Assembly (NCBI GenBank): GCA_964036045.1
Contig: OZ038378.1
Location: 163,928,001-163,992,000, forward strand
Direction of reading: 5' to 3'
Origin: Eutreptiella sp. 'Long Island Sound 2002'
Taxonomy: Eukaryota; Protista; Euglenida
DNA length: 64,000 nt
The notes under the pieces were generated by a model, which was not told the DNA's origin, ran no database searches, and worked only from the letters and a program-made list of their open reading frames with translations. The stretch's first letter is position 1, and each line of letters begins with the position of its first letter. Shown here piece after piece: positions 12,608 through 25,211 of this stretch. The position numbers were made by a program, and so were the translations under genes.

Positions 12608-13551
12608 TTAGCTGGCTTGTTGCCCACTGATCTCCTGCAGTCCATTGGGCAGGGGTACAATGCGCTGAAAAATTCTGCAGCTGACTTCTGGTGACAAATT
12701 CTGGACCAACCAGACAAAAACGTTACGCGCTGGTGTGCTCCGTGCCAGAACGTGCTCACAAGTCACCACAAAGTGTTTGCATGGCACATGTTAGCACAGT
12801 GGGACCGTGGGGAATGCAAAGCGTGGTTCCTTTGGTTCTGATACTGCATGGTACCCTCATCCCATGCGACTGGCCCAGGCATAAGAGGCCTTGGGCTTGA
12901 TCTTGTTTGGAAAAAAAATGGCAGGAGCGGTGCTGTTGCGTACATTGTGATTTGCCATGCAGGCATTCAGGAGAAAATGAAATTCTTGCAGCAATGTCCA
13001 CTTAGAATAGTACTGGCTGCCATCTTTGGAGAAAAAGGTTCTCTGGGGCCAAATGAAACCAGCCGCCAGACTGATCCGGTGTCAAGTATCCAGCCAGCTA
13101 ACCGCATCCTGGAGATACCATACAACATTTGATGCTAAATGCTACTCTATCCAACATCTTTGGAGAAAAAGCTTCTCTGGGGATACCATACACCATTTGA
13201 GCTCGTCCAAGGGGGTGGGCGGCAAAGCAATACTTACAAAAAAAAGAGCGGCACCGAGCAGGAACGTAAGAAGCGGTTCCGGAGGCTGCGAAAATGGAAT
13301 GAGACATCCACATGGAAGATGGCTGCAAACATCGCTTGTTTGCTACCTTGTACTGCAGGACTGCTACAGTTGGGCTTCCAAAAGTGGGAACCTAGCACAT
13401 TTTGGAAATACCAAGTCCTGAACACCAGACACCGAGCGACACGCCACACAAACCAGGCATCATCAGCTTTGCTAAAGCTGTATGCTGAGGCCCAACTGGT
13501 GCAGGTGGGCCCGACGCCTTTCTGGCATGGCGATGCCTTTTACGTGACAAT

Positions 13552-13600
13552 GCACTAAAGATGCACTGACTGACTGACTGACTGACAACGCACTAAAGAT
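13552..13600 (+). mobile_element. 27-nt (CTGA)n insert between 11-bp direct repeats; copy at 30911-30959
   Basis: GCACTAAAGAT-[GCACTGACTGACTGACTGACTGACAAC]-GCACTAAAGAT. Confidence 0.6.
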
Positions 13601-15723
13601 TCGTGCCAGTTGACGTTTTGAGGGTGCAATCATGCAGCCTGCCACTGCCAGCACAGTCTGTGCGGAGATATCAATGGGTGTACTTGTGACGGGTGCTTGT
13701 TGCACAACCTCTACAAGCCCAAGGCTGTGCCCTTCATGCGAAATTGGAAATCAAATAGGACCACGGGACCTCCCAAGGCTAAAGGCTGCGCAATCGGCCT
13801 CAAACGACCGAAGGCTGTGCCATCAGTGGCCCAAAGCCGAAAGACTCAACCCATCAAAATCTGAACCAGCTGCTGACAGAGGGGGCGCTTTCGAACAGCG
13901 TGTGCACAGCGCCAATTATTACGTTGTTTATCCCCGGAACACCCCTGAAAACCACCCACCTACAGAAGGATGCATGATCAATTCAAAACAGCACGGGGTG
14001 CACAATTCAGGACCCTGGGACCCGTGGCAAGCATCAGACAAGAAAAAAAACCCTGGTGCACCAGCAGGGGGTGTAGGGTGCAGAATTCAGGAACCTGGGA
14101 TCCATGGCTACCGGTGGTGGAAAACTGCCGACTTTTCGTACAGCGCGGGCACAGCGCACGGTGCGCCCCCAGAAGTAGCTGTGGCTCTCACTGCCGCAAG
14201 CACTGCACCATGACAATGATACTCTATCAAACGGAGGTGCACGTGCCAACACAGGCAGGTGCGGTGCTAATTCTGCTCACAAAAACTGTGGCTATCAACG
14301 TCGTTACGCTCGCGTACTTTCGGTGGTTGTGCATGCTTGTGCACGCCCTAACCCTGGAAGCTACGCACCCTTGTGCACACTTGGGACTGACAACGCAGCA
14401 GCAGGGGCAGCAGTGACTGCAGTGAAAGCCAATCACCTTCTCAAGGGGCTGTCCTTATATGATAGTTGGCGCTGGTGCGAGTATAACCAGTGGCCCAAAT
14501 GGCCAAAAGGCCCAACCCCCAAAACCAAAACCGGGTGCTGACAGAAGTAGCTATTGCTATTGCTGCCGCAACCACTCCACCCTGACAACGCCACTCTACG
14601 CAAAGGAGGTGCATCTGCCCACTATGCAGGCATGCAGGCAGGTGCAAATTCTGGTTATAAGAACTGTGGCTCGAAACGTCGTTGGGCACGCGTACTTTCT
14701 GTGGTTGTGCATGCTTGTGCACGCCTAACCCTGGAAGCTACGTGCACACTTGGGACTGACAACACGGCAGCAGGGGCAGGAGGTCACTGTGGTGAAAGCC
14801 ACACACTTTCTCCAGGGGTTTTCTCATACAATCGCAGGTGCGGGTGGAATTTTTGTTGAAGCGCAACGTGTGCTTCAGCCCCCCTGCCATCCTGCATTGG
14901 GTAAATTCATTTGCTGACCAACGTGTGGACATGCCTCAGATAAGGGCCCAAGTCTCTACTCCTGGATGACAGGGCTACCACAGTGCCCTGTGGTCCAGGC
15001 AACTTCTTCGTACTATGCTTGCTGCCAGAATATGTCAAGCTGCCACTGCATGCTCGCCTCGAAATTAAAATCAATTGTATACCACATTGATATGGCGCGA
15101 ACATATGATGTTCGTTGGACAAAGGCGTGCATTGGACTTCAGAAACTGTGCCACATATGACCTCCTTTCCATAAAATCATGGCTAACCACAGAAGCCACC
15201 CAAAACTTAGGGTCTTAGACTCATACTCGGAGTATTCCTGAGATGAGCCAAAGCTCATCACCGGTGGCCTTGGCCACTGGTCGCTCACGTAACATGGATT
15301 GTTCTGAATATTGTTTGCTGTTGTAGGCAACATCTCAGTGCCAAAAAAAGGCTGCGCGCGACGCAGCCTGTGACTCGTGTGCATGCATGCATTAGTATGT
15401 CGACAGAATTCGATGTATAGAGCAGGTACAAGCAGTTAAGCGTACTGTCAATTTGTCAATCAAACAGCGAGACATTGCGCTGTGACCTACAGGTGTGCAT
15501 GGATGCATTCAACGCGCATGCATGGACAGCAGACACATTGACCCGATACGCCCCTGGTCACGCCACAGACGGCCATGTGGCACACGATATGCTTCGGTCT
15601 GTACACGCATCTACTTTGTGTTTGCAAATGCTACCGAAAAAAGCGGGGAAAGCAGAATGAAACTGCGAAGCAAGGCTCCCATGCTCCAATCAAATCAACC
15701 ACGGAAGCGCAGATTCGCGTATG

Positions 15724-18700
15724 CCACACTTTGACACCCTACATTGGCCTACCCCCGGCTGTAAGAAAACCCGTGGCAAAAGGTACAAGCCAGAGCCATG
15801 CAGCAGCACGCAGTGCACAGGCAGTGCAAACATATTTGCATCTGTCATCACTAGTCGCTTTCATAGCCACAATATGACACATGATTTGAAAACGATATCT
15901 TAATTCGGCAGCGTGGTACTGCCTACATGCGACTTGACTGTCTGTCCTATTTCCCAGTGCAACTGTGATCAAGCACTCCTTTGGCTCTCAGTATCGTGGG
16001 CGTCCACGGGGGCAAAGGAGCCATGTGACACGTGGGCAGCAGTCTGATACCAGGTTCCAATGTCATCAACGATAAAAAATCTTGTGGGGGCAAAAGGAGT
16101 GGCAGCAGGAAGGTCGGGTTCTCAGGGTATGACCTGGCGAGCTGGGCTTGCTCAGAATAACCCGGCCAGCATGTGTCCCTAGTCATTGATCTGCAGCAAA
16201 AATGATTTTGGGCGCCGGCGCTCAACTGGTGGACAAGATGACTTATTGCACTTTGGCATGAGACGCCTTGATATGCACATGGCATGAAACCTGTCACCAC
16301 CCTCTTCACACCAATGAGGTATGCAACACATCCTGACCACAGGTGAGGGTCACCTGCTGACAGTGGAAATCAGAGAGACTGTGTGTGATATCACTTGCAT
16401 CTTAGAGGGAATCCTTGCACTGCGCGCTACTTTAGACTATGTTCCCCCCGAAGAGCCCCTAGGCACGCCCCTTGGAAACACCGTTAGAATTAGGCAACCC
16501 AAACTGGACTGGAGGGGACCTTGAGGGGGACCTTCCCGGTTCTTGTGGCAGTGGTGAAGGACCAGGGGCCTTTGGGGGGGGACTTGACTGTGTATTGGGC
16601 GGCGGAGATGGAGGGCAGTCAGCTGGCGAGTCTGAACTTGGGATGGCAAAGGAGATAGACTCCATGTTGCATCGCCAATTTTTCTCGGTTGATTGATATG
16701 GTGATACACTTTGAGGGTGCCTGCTACAGGATATCATACTTCCCTCCTCATTTCTCAGCCCCACTTTCTCCATGGATCTCAGTATTAGGGGTTAGGGTGC
16801 TCTACACCCACTCCAATGGCCTGTGACCTCCTGCCACGGTGGTTGGGACGGCTGAAGATGCACTACTCCACTTGGATTACTACCAAGATGGGTTGAGAGT
16901 GGAGAAAAAGAGTAGATGTGGTGGAAATGGGAAAAAAATGTGTGCAAAAAAGTAGAAATGGGTGAAACAGGGTGAACATCCAACAATGCCAGATCCCCAA
17001 TGCAACAATGATGCCCAAAGTACCACAAAGTATGGGTTTCTACTACGGCCAAACGCTCAAATAGTTGCACTGCGCGCGCACTGCACGCGCACTGCGCTTA
17101 AGGCGCCCCCTTAGCTGGCTTGTTGCCCACTGATCTCCTGCAGTCCATTGGGCAGGGGTACAATGCGCTGAAAAATTCTGCAGCTGACTTCTGGTGACAA
17201 ATTCTGGACCAACCAGACAAAAACGTTACGCGCTGGTGTGCTCCGTGCCAGAACGTGCTCACAAGTCACCACAAAGTGTTTGCATGGCACATGTTAGCAC
17301 AGTGGGACCGTGGGGAATGCAAAGCGTGGTTCCTTTGGTTCTGATACTGCATGGTACCCTCATCCGATGCGACTGGCCCAGGCATAAGAGGCCTTGGGCT
17401 TGATCTTGTTTGGAAAAAAAATGGCAGGAGCGGTGCTGTTGCGTACATTGTGATTTGCCATGCAGGCATTCAGGAGAAAATGAAATTCTTGCAGCAATGT
17501 CCACTTAGAATAGAGCTGGCTGCCATCTTTGGAGAAAAGGTTTCTCTGGGGCCAGCTATGCGCTAAATGAAATCAGCCGCCAAACTGATACGGTGTCAAA
17601 GATCTAGCCAGCTAACCGCATCCTGGTGATACCATACAATATTTGATGCTAAATACTACTCTATCAAACGGAGGTGCACGTGCCAACACAGGCAGGTGCG
17701 GTGCTAATTCTGCTCACAAAAACTGTGGCTATCAACGTCGTTACGCTCGCGTACTTTCGGTGGTTGTGCATGCTTGTGCACGCCCTAACCCTGGAAGCTA
17801 CGCACCCTTGTGCACACTTGGGACTGACAACGCAGCAGCAGGGGCAGCAGTGACTGCAGTGAAAGCCAATCACCTTCTCAAGGGGCTGTCCTTATATGAT
17901 AGTTGGCGCTGGTGCGAGTATAACCAGTGGCCCAAATGGCCAAAAGGCCCAACCCCCAAAACCAAAACCGGGTGCTGACAGAAGTAGCTATTGCTATTGC
18001 TGCCGCAACCACTCCACCCTGACAACGCTACTCTACGCAAAGGAGGTGCATCTGCCCACTATGCAGGCATGCAGGCAGGTGCAAATTCTGGTTATAAGAA
18101 CTGTGGCTCGAAACGTCGTTGGGCACGCGTACTTTCTGTGGTTGTGCATGCTTGTGCACGCCTAACCCTGGAAGCTACGTGCACACTTGGGACTGACAAC
18201 ACGGCAGCAGGGGCAGGAGGTCACTGTGGTGAAAGCCACACACTTTCTCCAGGGGTTCTTCTCATACAATCGCAGGTGCCGGTGGAATTTTTGTTGAAGC
18301 GCAACGTGTGCTTCAGCCCCCCTGCCATCCTGCATTGGGTAAATTCATTTGCTGACCAACGTGTGGACATGCCTCAGATAAGGGCCCAAGTCTCTACTCC
18401 TGGATGACAGGGCTACCACAGTGCCCTGTGGTCCAGGCAACTTCTTCGTACTATGCTTGCTGCCAGAATATGTCAAGCTGCCACTGCACGCTCGCCTCGA
18501 AATTAAAATCAATCGTATACCACATTGATATGGCGCGAACATATGATGTTCGTTGGACAAAGGCGTGCATTGGACTTCAGAAACTGTGCCACATATGACC
18601 TCCTTTCCATAAAATCATGGCTAACCACAGAAGCCACCCAAAACTTAGGGTCTTAGACTCATACTCGGAGTATTCCTGAGATGAGCCAAAGCTCATCACC

Positions 18701-19161
18701 GGTGGCCTTGGCCACTGGTCGCTCACGTAACATGGATTGTTCTGAATATTGTTTGCTGTTGTAGGCAACATCTCAGTGCCAAAAAAAGGCTGCGCGCGAC
18801 GCAGCCTGTGACTCGTGTGCATGCATGCATTAGTATGTCGACAGAATTCGATGTATAGAGCAGGTACAAGCAGTTAAGCGTACTGTCAATTTGTCAATCA
18901 AACAGCGAGACATTGCGCTGTGACCTACAGGTGTGCATGGATGCATTCAACGCGCATGCATGGACAGCAGACACATTGACCCGATACGCCCCTGGTCACG
19001 CCACAGACGGCCATGTGGCACACGATATGCTTCGGTCTGTACACGCATCTACTTTGTGTTTGCAAATGCTACCGAAAAAAGCGGGGAAAGCAGAATGAAA
19101 CTGCGAAGCAAGGCTCCCATGCTCCAATCAAATCAACCACGGAAGCGCAGATTCACGTATG
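15724..19161 (+). repeat. T unit T2 (short form, 3438 bp)
   Basis: Period 3437-3438 seen in ORF recurrences (e.g. 15475, 18913, 22350). Confidence 0.9.
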
Positions 19162-22100
19162 CCACACTTTGACACCCTACATTGGCCTACCCCCGGCTGT
19201 AAGAAAACCCGTGGCAAAAGGTACAAGCCAGAGCCATGCAGCAGCACGCAGTGCACAGGCAGTGCAAACATATTTGCATCTGTCATCACTAGTCGCTTTC
19301 ATAGCCACAATATGACACATGATTTGAAAACGATATCTTAATTCGGCAGCGTGGTACTGCCTACATGCGACTTGACTGTCTGTCCTATTTCCCAGTGCAA
19401 CTGTGATCAAGCACTCCTTTGGCTCTCAGTATCGTGGGCGTCCACGGGGGCAAAGGAGCCATGTGACACGTGGGCAGCAGTCTGATACCAGGTTCCAATG
19501 TCATTAACGATAAAAAATCTTGTGGGGGCAAAAGGAGTGGCAGCAGGAAGGTCGGGTTCTCAGGGTATGACCTGGCGAGCTGGGCTTGCTCAGAATAACC
19601 CGGCCAGCATGTGTCCCTAGTCATTGATCTGCAGCAAAAATGATTTTGGGCGCCGGCGCTCAACTGGTGGACAAGATGACTTATTGCACTTCGGCATGAG
19701 ACGCCTTGATATGCACATGGCATGAAACCTGTCACCACCCTCTTCACACCAATGAGGTATGCAACACATCCTGACCACAGGTGAGGGTCACCTGCTGACA
19801 GTGGAAATCAGAGAGACTGTGTGTGATATCACTTGCATCTTAGAGGGAATCCTTGCACTGCGCGCTACTTTAGACTATGTTCCCCCCGAAGAGCCCCTAG
19901 GCATGCCCCTTGGAAACACCGTTAGAATTAGGCAACCCAAACTGGACTGGAGGGGACCTTGAGGGGGGCCTTCCCGGTTCTTGTGGCAGTGGTGAAGGAC
20001 CAGGGGCCTTTGGGGGGGGACTTGACTGTGTATTGGGCGGCGGAGATGGAGGGCAGTCAGCTGGCGAGTCTGAACTTGGGATGGCAAAGGAGATAGACTC
20101 CATGTTGCATCGCCAATTTTTCTCGGTTGATTGATATGGTGATACACTTTGAGGGTGCCTGCTACAGGATATCATACTTCCCTCCTCATTTCTCAGCCCC
20201 ACTTTCTCCATGGATCTCAGTATTAGGGATAGGGTGCTCTACACCCACTCCAATGGCCTGTGACCTCCTGCCACGGTGGTTGGGACGGCTGAAGATGCAC
20301 TACTCCACTTGGAATACTACCAAGATGGGTTGAGAGTGGAGAAAAAGAGTAGATGTGGTGGAAATGGGAAAAAGGTGTGTGCAAAAAGGTAGAAATGGGT
20401 GAAACAGGGTGAACATCCAAAAATGCCAGATCCCCAATGCAACAATGATGCCCAAAGTACCACAAAGTATGGGTTTCTACTACGGCCAAACGCTCAAATA
20501 GTTGCACTGCGCGCGCACTGCACGCGCACTGCGCTTAAGGCGCCCCCTTAGCTGGCTTGTTGCCCACTGATCTCCTGCAGTCCATTGGGCAGGGGTACAA
20601 TGCGCTGAAAAATTCTGCAGCTGACTTCTGGTGACAAATTCTGGACCAACCAGACAAAAACGTTACGCGCTGGTGTGCTCCGTGCCAGAACGTGCTCACA
20701 AGTCACCACAAAGTGTTTGCATGGCACATGTTAGCACAGTGGGACCGTGGGGAATGCAAAGCGTGGTTCCTTTGGTTCTGATACTGCATGGTACCCTCAT
20801 CCCGTGCGACTGGCCCAGGCATAAGAGGCCTTGGGCTTGATCTTGTTTGGAAAAAAAATGGCAGGAGCGGTGCTGTTGCGTACATTGTGATTTGCCATGC
20901 AGGCATTCAGGAGAAAATGAAATTCTTGCAGCAATGTCCACTTAGAATAGAGCTGGCTGCCATCTTTGGAGAAAAGGTTTCTCTGGGGCCAGCTATGCGC
21001 TAAATGAAATCAGCCGCCAAACTGATACGGTGTCAAAGATCTAGCCAGCTAACCGCATCCTGGTGATACCATACAACATTTGATGCTAAATACTACTCTA
21101 TCAAACGGAGGTGCACGTGCCAACACAGGCAGGTGCGGTGCTAATTCTGCTCACAAAAACTGTGGCTATCAATGTCGTTACGCTCGCGTACTTTCGGTGG
21201 TTGTGCATGCTTGTGCACGCCCTAACCCTGGAAGCTACGCACCCTTGTGCACACTTGGGACTGACAACGCAGCAGCAGGGGCAGCAGTGACTGCAGTGAA
21301 AGCCAATCACCTTCTCAAGGGGCTGTCCTTATATGATAGTTGGCGCTGGTGCGAGTATAACCAGTGGCCCAAATGGCCAAAAGGCCCAACCCCCAAAACC
21401 AAAACCGGGTGCTGACAGAAGTAGCTATTGCTATTGCTGCCGCAACCACTCCACCCTGACAACGCTACTCTACGCAAAGGAGGTGCATCTGCCCACTATG
21501 CAGGCATGCAGGCAGGTGCAAATTCTGGTTATAAGAACTGTGGATCGAAACGTCGTTGGGCACGCGTACTTTCTGTGGTTGTGCATGCTTGTGCACGCCT
21601 AACCCTGGAAGCTACGTGCACACTTGGGACTGACAACACGGCAGCAGGGGCAGGAGGTCACTGTGGTGAAAGCCACACACTTTCTCCAGGGGTTCTTCTC
21701 ATACAATCGCAGGTGCCGGTGGAATTTTTGTTGAAGCGCAACGTGTGCTTCAGCCCCCCTGCCATCCTGCATTGGGTAAATTCATTTGCTGACCAACGTG
21801 TGGACATGCCTCAGATAAGGGCCCAAGTCTCTACTCCTGGATGACAGGGCTACCACAGTGCCCTGTGGTCCAGGCAACTTCTTCGTACTATGCTTGCTGC
21901 CAGAATATGTCAAGCTGCCACTGCACGCTCGCCTCGAAATTAAAATCAATCATATACCACATTGATATGGCGCGAACATATGATGTTCGTTGGACAAAGG
22001 CGTGCATTGGACTTCAGAAACTGTGCCACATATGACCTCCTTTCCATAAAATCATGGCTAACCACAGAAGCCACCCAAAACTTAGGGTCTTAGACTCATA

Positions 22101-22598
22101 CTCGGAGTATTCCTGAGATGAGCCAAAGCTCATCACCGGTGGCCTTGGCCACTGGTCGCTCACGTAACATGGATTGTTCTGAATATTGTTTGCTGTTGTA
22201 GGCAACATCTCAGTGCCAAAAAAAGGCTGCGCGCGACGCAGCCTGTGACTCGTGTGCATGCATGCATTAGTATGTCGACAGAATTCGATGTATAGAGCAG
22301 GTACAAGCAGTTAAGCGTACTGTCAATTTGTCAATCAAACAGCGAGACATTGCGCTGTGACCTACAGTTGTGCATGGATGCATTCAACGCGCATGCATGG
22401 ACAGCAGACACATTGACCCGATACGCCCCTGGTCACGCCACAGACGGCCATGTGGCACACGATATGCTTCGGTCTGTACACCTATCTACTTTGTGTTTGC
22501 AAATGCTACCGAAAAAATCGGGGAAAGCAGAATGAAACTGCGAAGCAAGCCTCCCACGCTCCCATCAGATCAACCACGGAAGCGCACATTCGCGTACG
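19162..22598 (+). repeat. T unit T3 (short form)
   Basis: Near-identical to T2, including the internal inversion. Confidence 0.9.
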
Positions 22599-22967
22599 TC
22601 GACTCCAATCGACGTGGCTGGTCTGAGAAGGGCTGACAGCATTGGGCAGCCCAGGCGCCTCCCGAATTCATTCCTTAGGGCAAACCACTCAGAGGCGGGG
22701 ACCTGGGTGTGCCGCAGTTCTGCAAGTGTCAGCAAAATATTATCTACATGATCAGATTTCAACAACTGTGCGGGCGGCAAACAACGAGCAGACGTATCGA
22801 TACACTTGCTCTTGAGGCATATACCATTGCACCCCTTGGGGTGGAGATGGACATCGATTCCAGGACTACAGAAAGCCAGCCAAACAGTTTAGTGTGTGGA
22901 GTGTGCGGTGCCGTGTCGTTTGGAGCCGAAAATAGGTCGTTCAGCAGTAAAATCAAGAGCTTTTACT

Positions 22968-23006
22968 GGAGGAGGAGGACGAGGAGGAGCAGCAGCAGCA
23001 GCAGCA
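22968..23006. repeat. (GAG)n(CAG)n trinucleotide run; copies near 39110, 57147 and 57665
   Basis: Directly visible; length varies among copies. Confidence 0.9.
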
Positions 23007-23254
23007 GTGCATGGTGGTGCATGACATTGGCTGCCGGTTTTTTTGTAGAATGTGTGACGCCATGTGCCACACTCTGCGCGCTGCGTGCGGCGCTCTGCGC
23101 GGCAAGGTGCTGCTCCGCACGTGCACGTGGTGGTCAGCACCGTGCGGTCAGAGACATGGACTGCTTGGCGGGTCTGGCAATGGAACCAGGTCATTGTCAG
23201 AAACCCCCAACCCAGGATCGCTTTGGTATATAAGTGTTACACTGCACAGACATA

Positions 23255-23820
23255 CCTTACCCCCCCCTTGTAATCTGTCCCCCAATGTCGTGACGGTTCC
23301 CCCCCTGGGGGGGGGGGGGGGGCGAATTGCACCACCAAACCGTAACACTTCAAAACTGCAGCTGTGCATGCACAACACCGGTAGTGTGAATCACATTGAA
23401 CCATGATGTTACTTCTGTGCGCGTGCCCCCTCCACAGGCACTGTGTGAAACTTCTTTTTCCGACTCCAAACAACCTTGAACTCCTGGACATGCTCAGCGG
23501 GCAATTCAGGTTTAGGCTGAGGATTGGAAGACGAGGTAGGCTGTGCAGCTCGGTTTCCAGCTCTTTTGGCAGCTGGTTTGGCTGGCTGGGACTTGACAAA
23601 GAAATGTCAAAGTAGCGTTCCCCCCCCGGGGGGAGGGATTTGTGTCTCCAACCTCCTCCCTGCAAAGCCAAAACTGCCAGCACTGCTGTCACTGATCTGT
23701 AATGTCTCCGGTCAGTCCATGTACAACTCTACCCATACCAAATAAATACAAACAGTCCTGAGCCGGAATGCAAAACAGATGTTTTTGGCAAAAAAATTGG
23801 ATTTCAATGGGGGGGTAAGG
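23255..23820. mobile_element. MITE-like element with TA TSD (566 bp); copy at 39393-39959, right-end fragments at 57.3-57.96 kb
   Basis: TIRs CCTTACCCCCCC...GGGGGGGTAAGG; TA at 23253-23254 and 23821-23822. Confidence 0.65.
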
Positions 23821-23920
23821 TAATACGGGTGCGGACGGGAACGAGCCGTCCACCAGCTGCCTTCAGAAGCAGGGGTGACATACAATTGGTGTCTTTCCGC
23901 ATATTAGCTCCATTTGAGCC

Positions 23921-23975
23921 ATTCAGTCAGTCAGTCAGTCAGTCACTCACTCATTCACTCACTCAGTCACTCATT
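23921..23975. repeat. (TCAG)n(TCAC)n tetranucleotide run; copies near 40061 and 58061
   Basis: Directly visible. Confidence 0.9.
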
Positions 23976-24830
23976 CGCGGACCCACTCACTCTCCTTGCG
24001 GTCCTCCGTTGGGAACGGGGGGGGGGGGGGGGCATCCTGAAAAAGCGCCCCATCCCCCCAGCCCCCGCCCCCGCCCCTTTGGATGCACTTCATTACAGGT
24101 CTCTTTGGCGTGCGACGCATGTGGGGCGGACCGATTTCGTTACGTTCTTTGGTGCTTTGCGTTCCCATTGCCAACAACTGCAGGTCAATTCCGGAGAGGC
24201 ATCCAACAGCGGAACCAAAACCTACAAAACGTGCCGGCGTGGGTGGCATGTCCACTGCGTCCATGTGGATTAGCCATGGGCGCCCACACCCGGAATGACA
24301 AGGGATTCAAAAGAGCAAAAGACATTTGGAACTGAAAACTTAAAGCTGTCCTCAGTAAAAGAAATCACTGGCCAGACCATCGCATTGCCCAGAACCTCAG
24401 CTCACCAAAATCTGCAAAACAATCATTGAAGAACATTCCTGCAACTTACTGAGCCCTTTATTCACGACATGTGCAGTTGAACCCCTCCCCAAACCCAGTG
24501 GCCAACATTGGAACCAGGAAGATCGAAGTATTCAGCCTGCGCCCAGATTCAAGGATGGCATGCTCCGTCAGGTGGCTCCCCCTCCCACAGCTGTCAGCCC
24601 AAAGCCTGACATTTCATGGAGAACTCCGTTGTAAAGAATACCTCTGGCAGCGCAATGGACTTATGGAGCCAGTGGCGGTGTTGCCATTACCCCGGGATTG
24701 CGCGAGGCAATGCACACAGACACCAGCACAACGGTACAGAGGCACAGGCATATACAATGCCACAAGCAGTGGCCAAGACAGCAGCAGTGGTTGCAGGGGG
24801 GCTAGGCACAACTGTGTGTTTGGCCGTACT

Positions 24831-25211
24831 CTACCGGGCCTTCCGCGATGCCTCCAGCTCTTTCGCCAGTTGGTCAACAAATGCGTCGGCTTCACGCTGA
24901 AGCTGGCGTTGGTGCTGTCGCCTCATCGTCCTCATCTGCAGCCGCATCGTGGCGATGTCATGCTCAAGCTGCTGATTGGCCTCCTGGAGGCGCAGGGCTT
25001 CGAGCTCAAGATCGTTCACGGTGTTCTTCCGACGTCGCCGGCCCTTCTTCTTTGGGACCTGTTGCCCGGATGCTGCCACGCAGGTGTCTTCTTTCAATTG
25101 AACAGGACTGTCCTCGAAAGTCTTGGAAGACGACCGCAGAGGGAACTCGCTGGAGATATTCCTCAGCAACATGTCTGTTGTGCCGCGAGCAGAGGTTCGC
25201 ACAGCATGCAT
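24831..25211 (-). CDS. Putative 126-aa basic/leucine-zipper (bZIP-like) protein or exon, copy 1
   Basis: KKKGRRRRKNTVNDLELEALRLQEANQQLEHDIATMRLQMRTM has L-L-L-M-M heptads and Asn at a zipper 'a' position; a pyrimidine tract + CAG lies 3 nt before the ATG. Confidence 0.5.
   Translation of the reverse strand: MHAVRTSARGTTDMLLRNISSEFPLRSSSKTFEDSPVQLKEDTCVAASGQQVPKKKGRRRRKNTVNDLELEALRLQEANQQLEHDIATMRLQMRTMRRQHQRQLQREADAFVDQLAKELEASRKAR

Larger units (their letters stand above)
11229..15723 (+). repeat. T unit T1 (long form, ~4.5 kb): 3' half of LINE-B + nested TIR element + flank
   Basis: Starts at CCACACTTTGACACCC (RT YIGLP region); contains zf-RVT-like WCAPCQNVLTSHH at ~12731-12770. Confidence 0.88.

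Noticed and set aside
15150-15270. GDELWLISG...VVSHDF as a PIN/NYN nuclease motif
   Set aside because: Resemblance too weak, and the acidic catalytic set cannot be assigned by eye.
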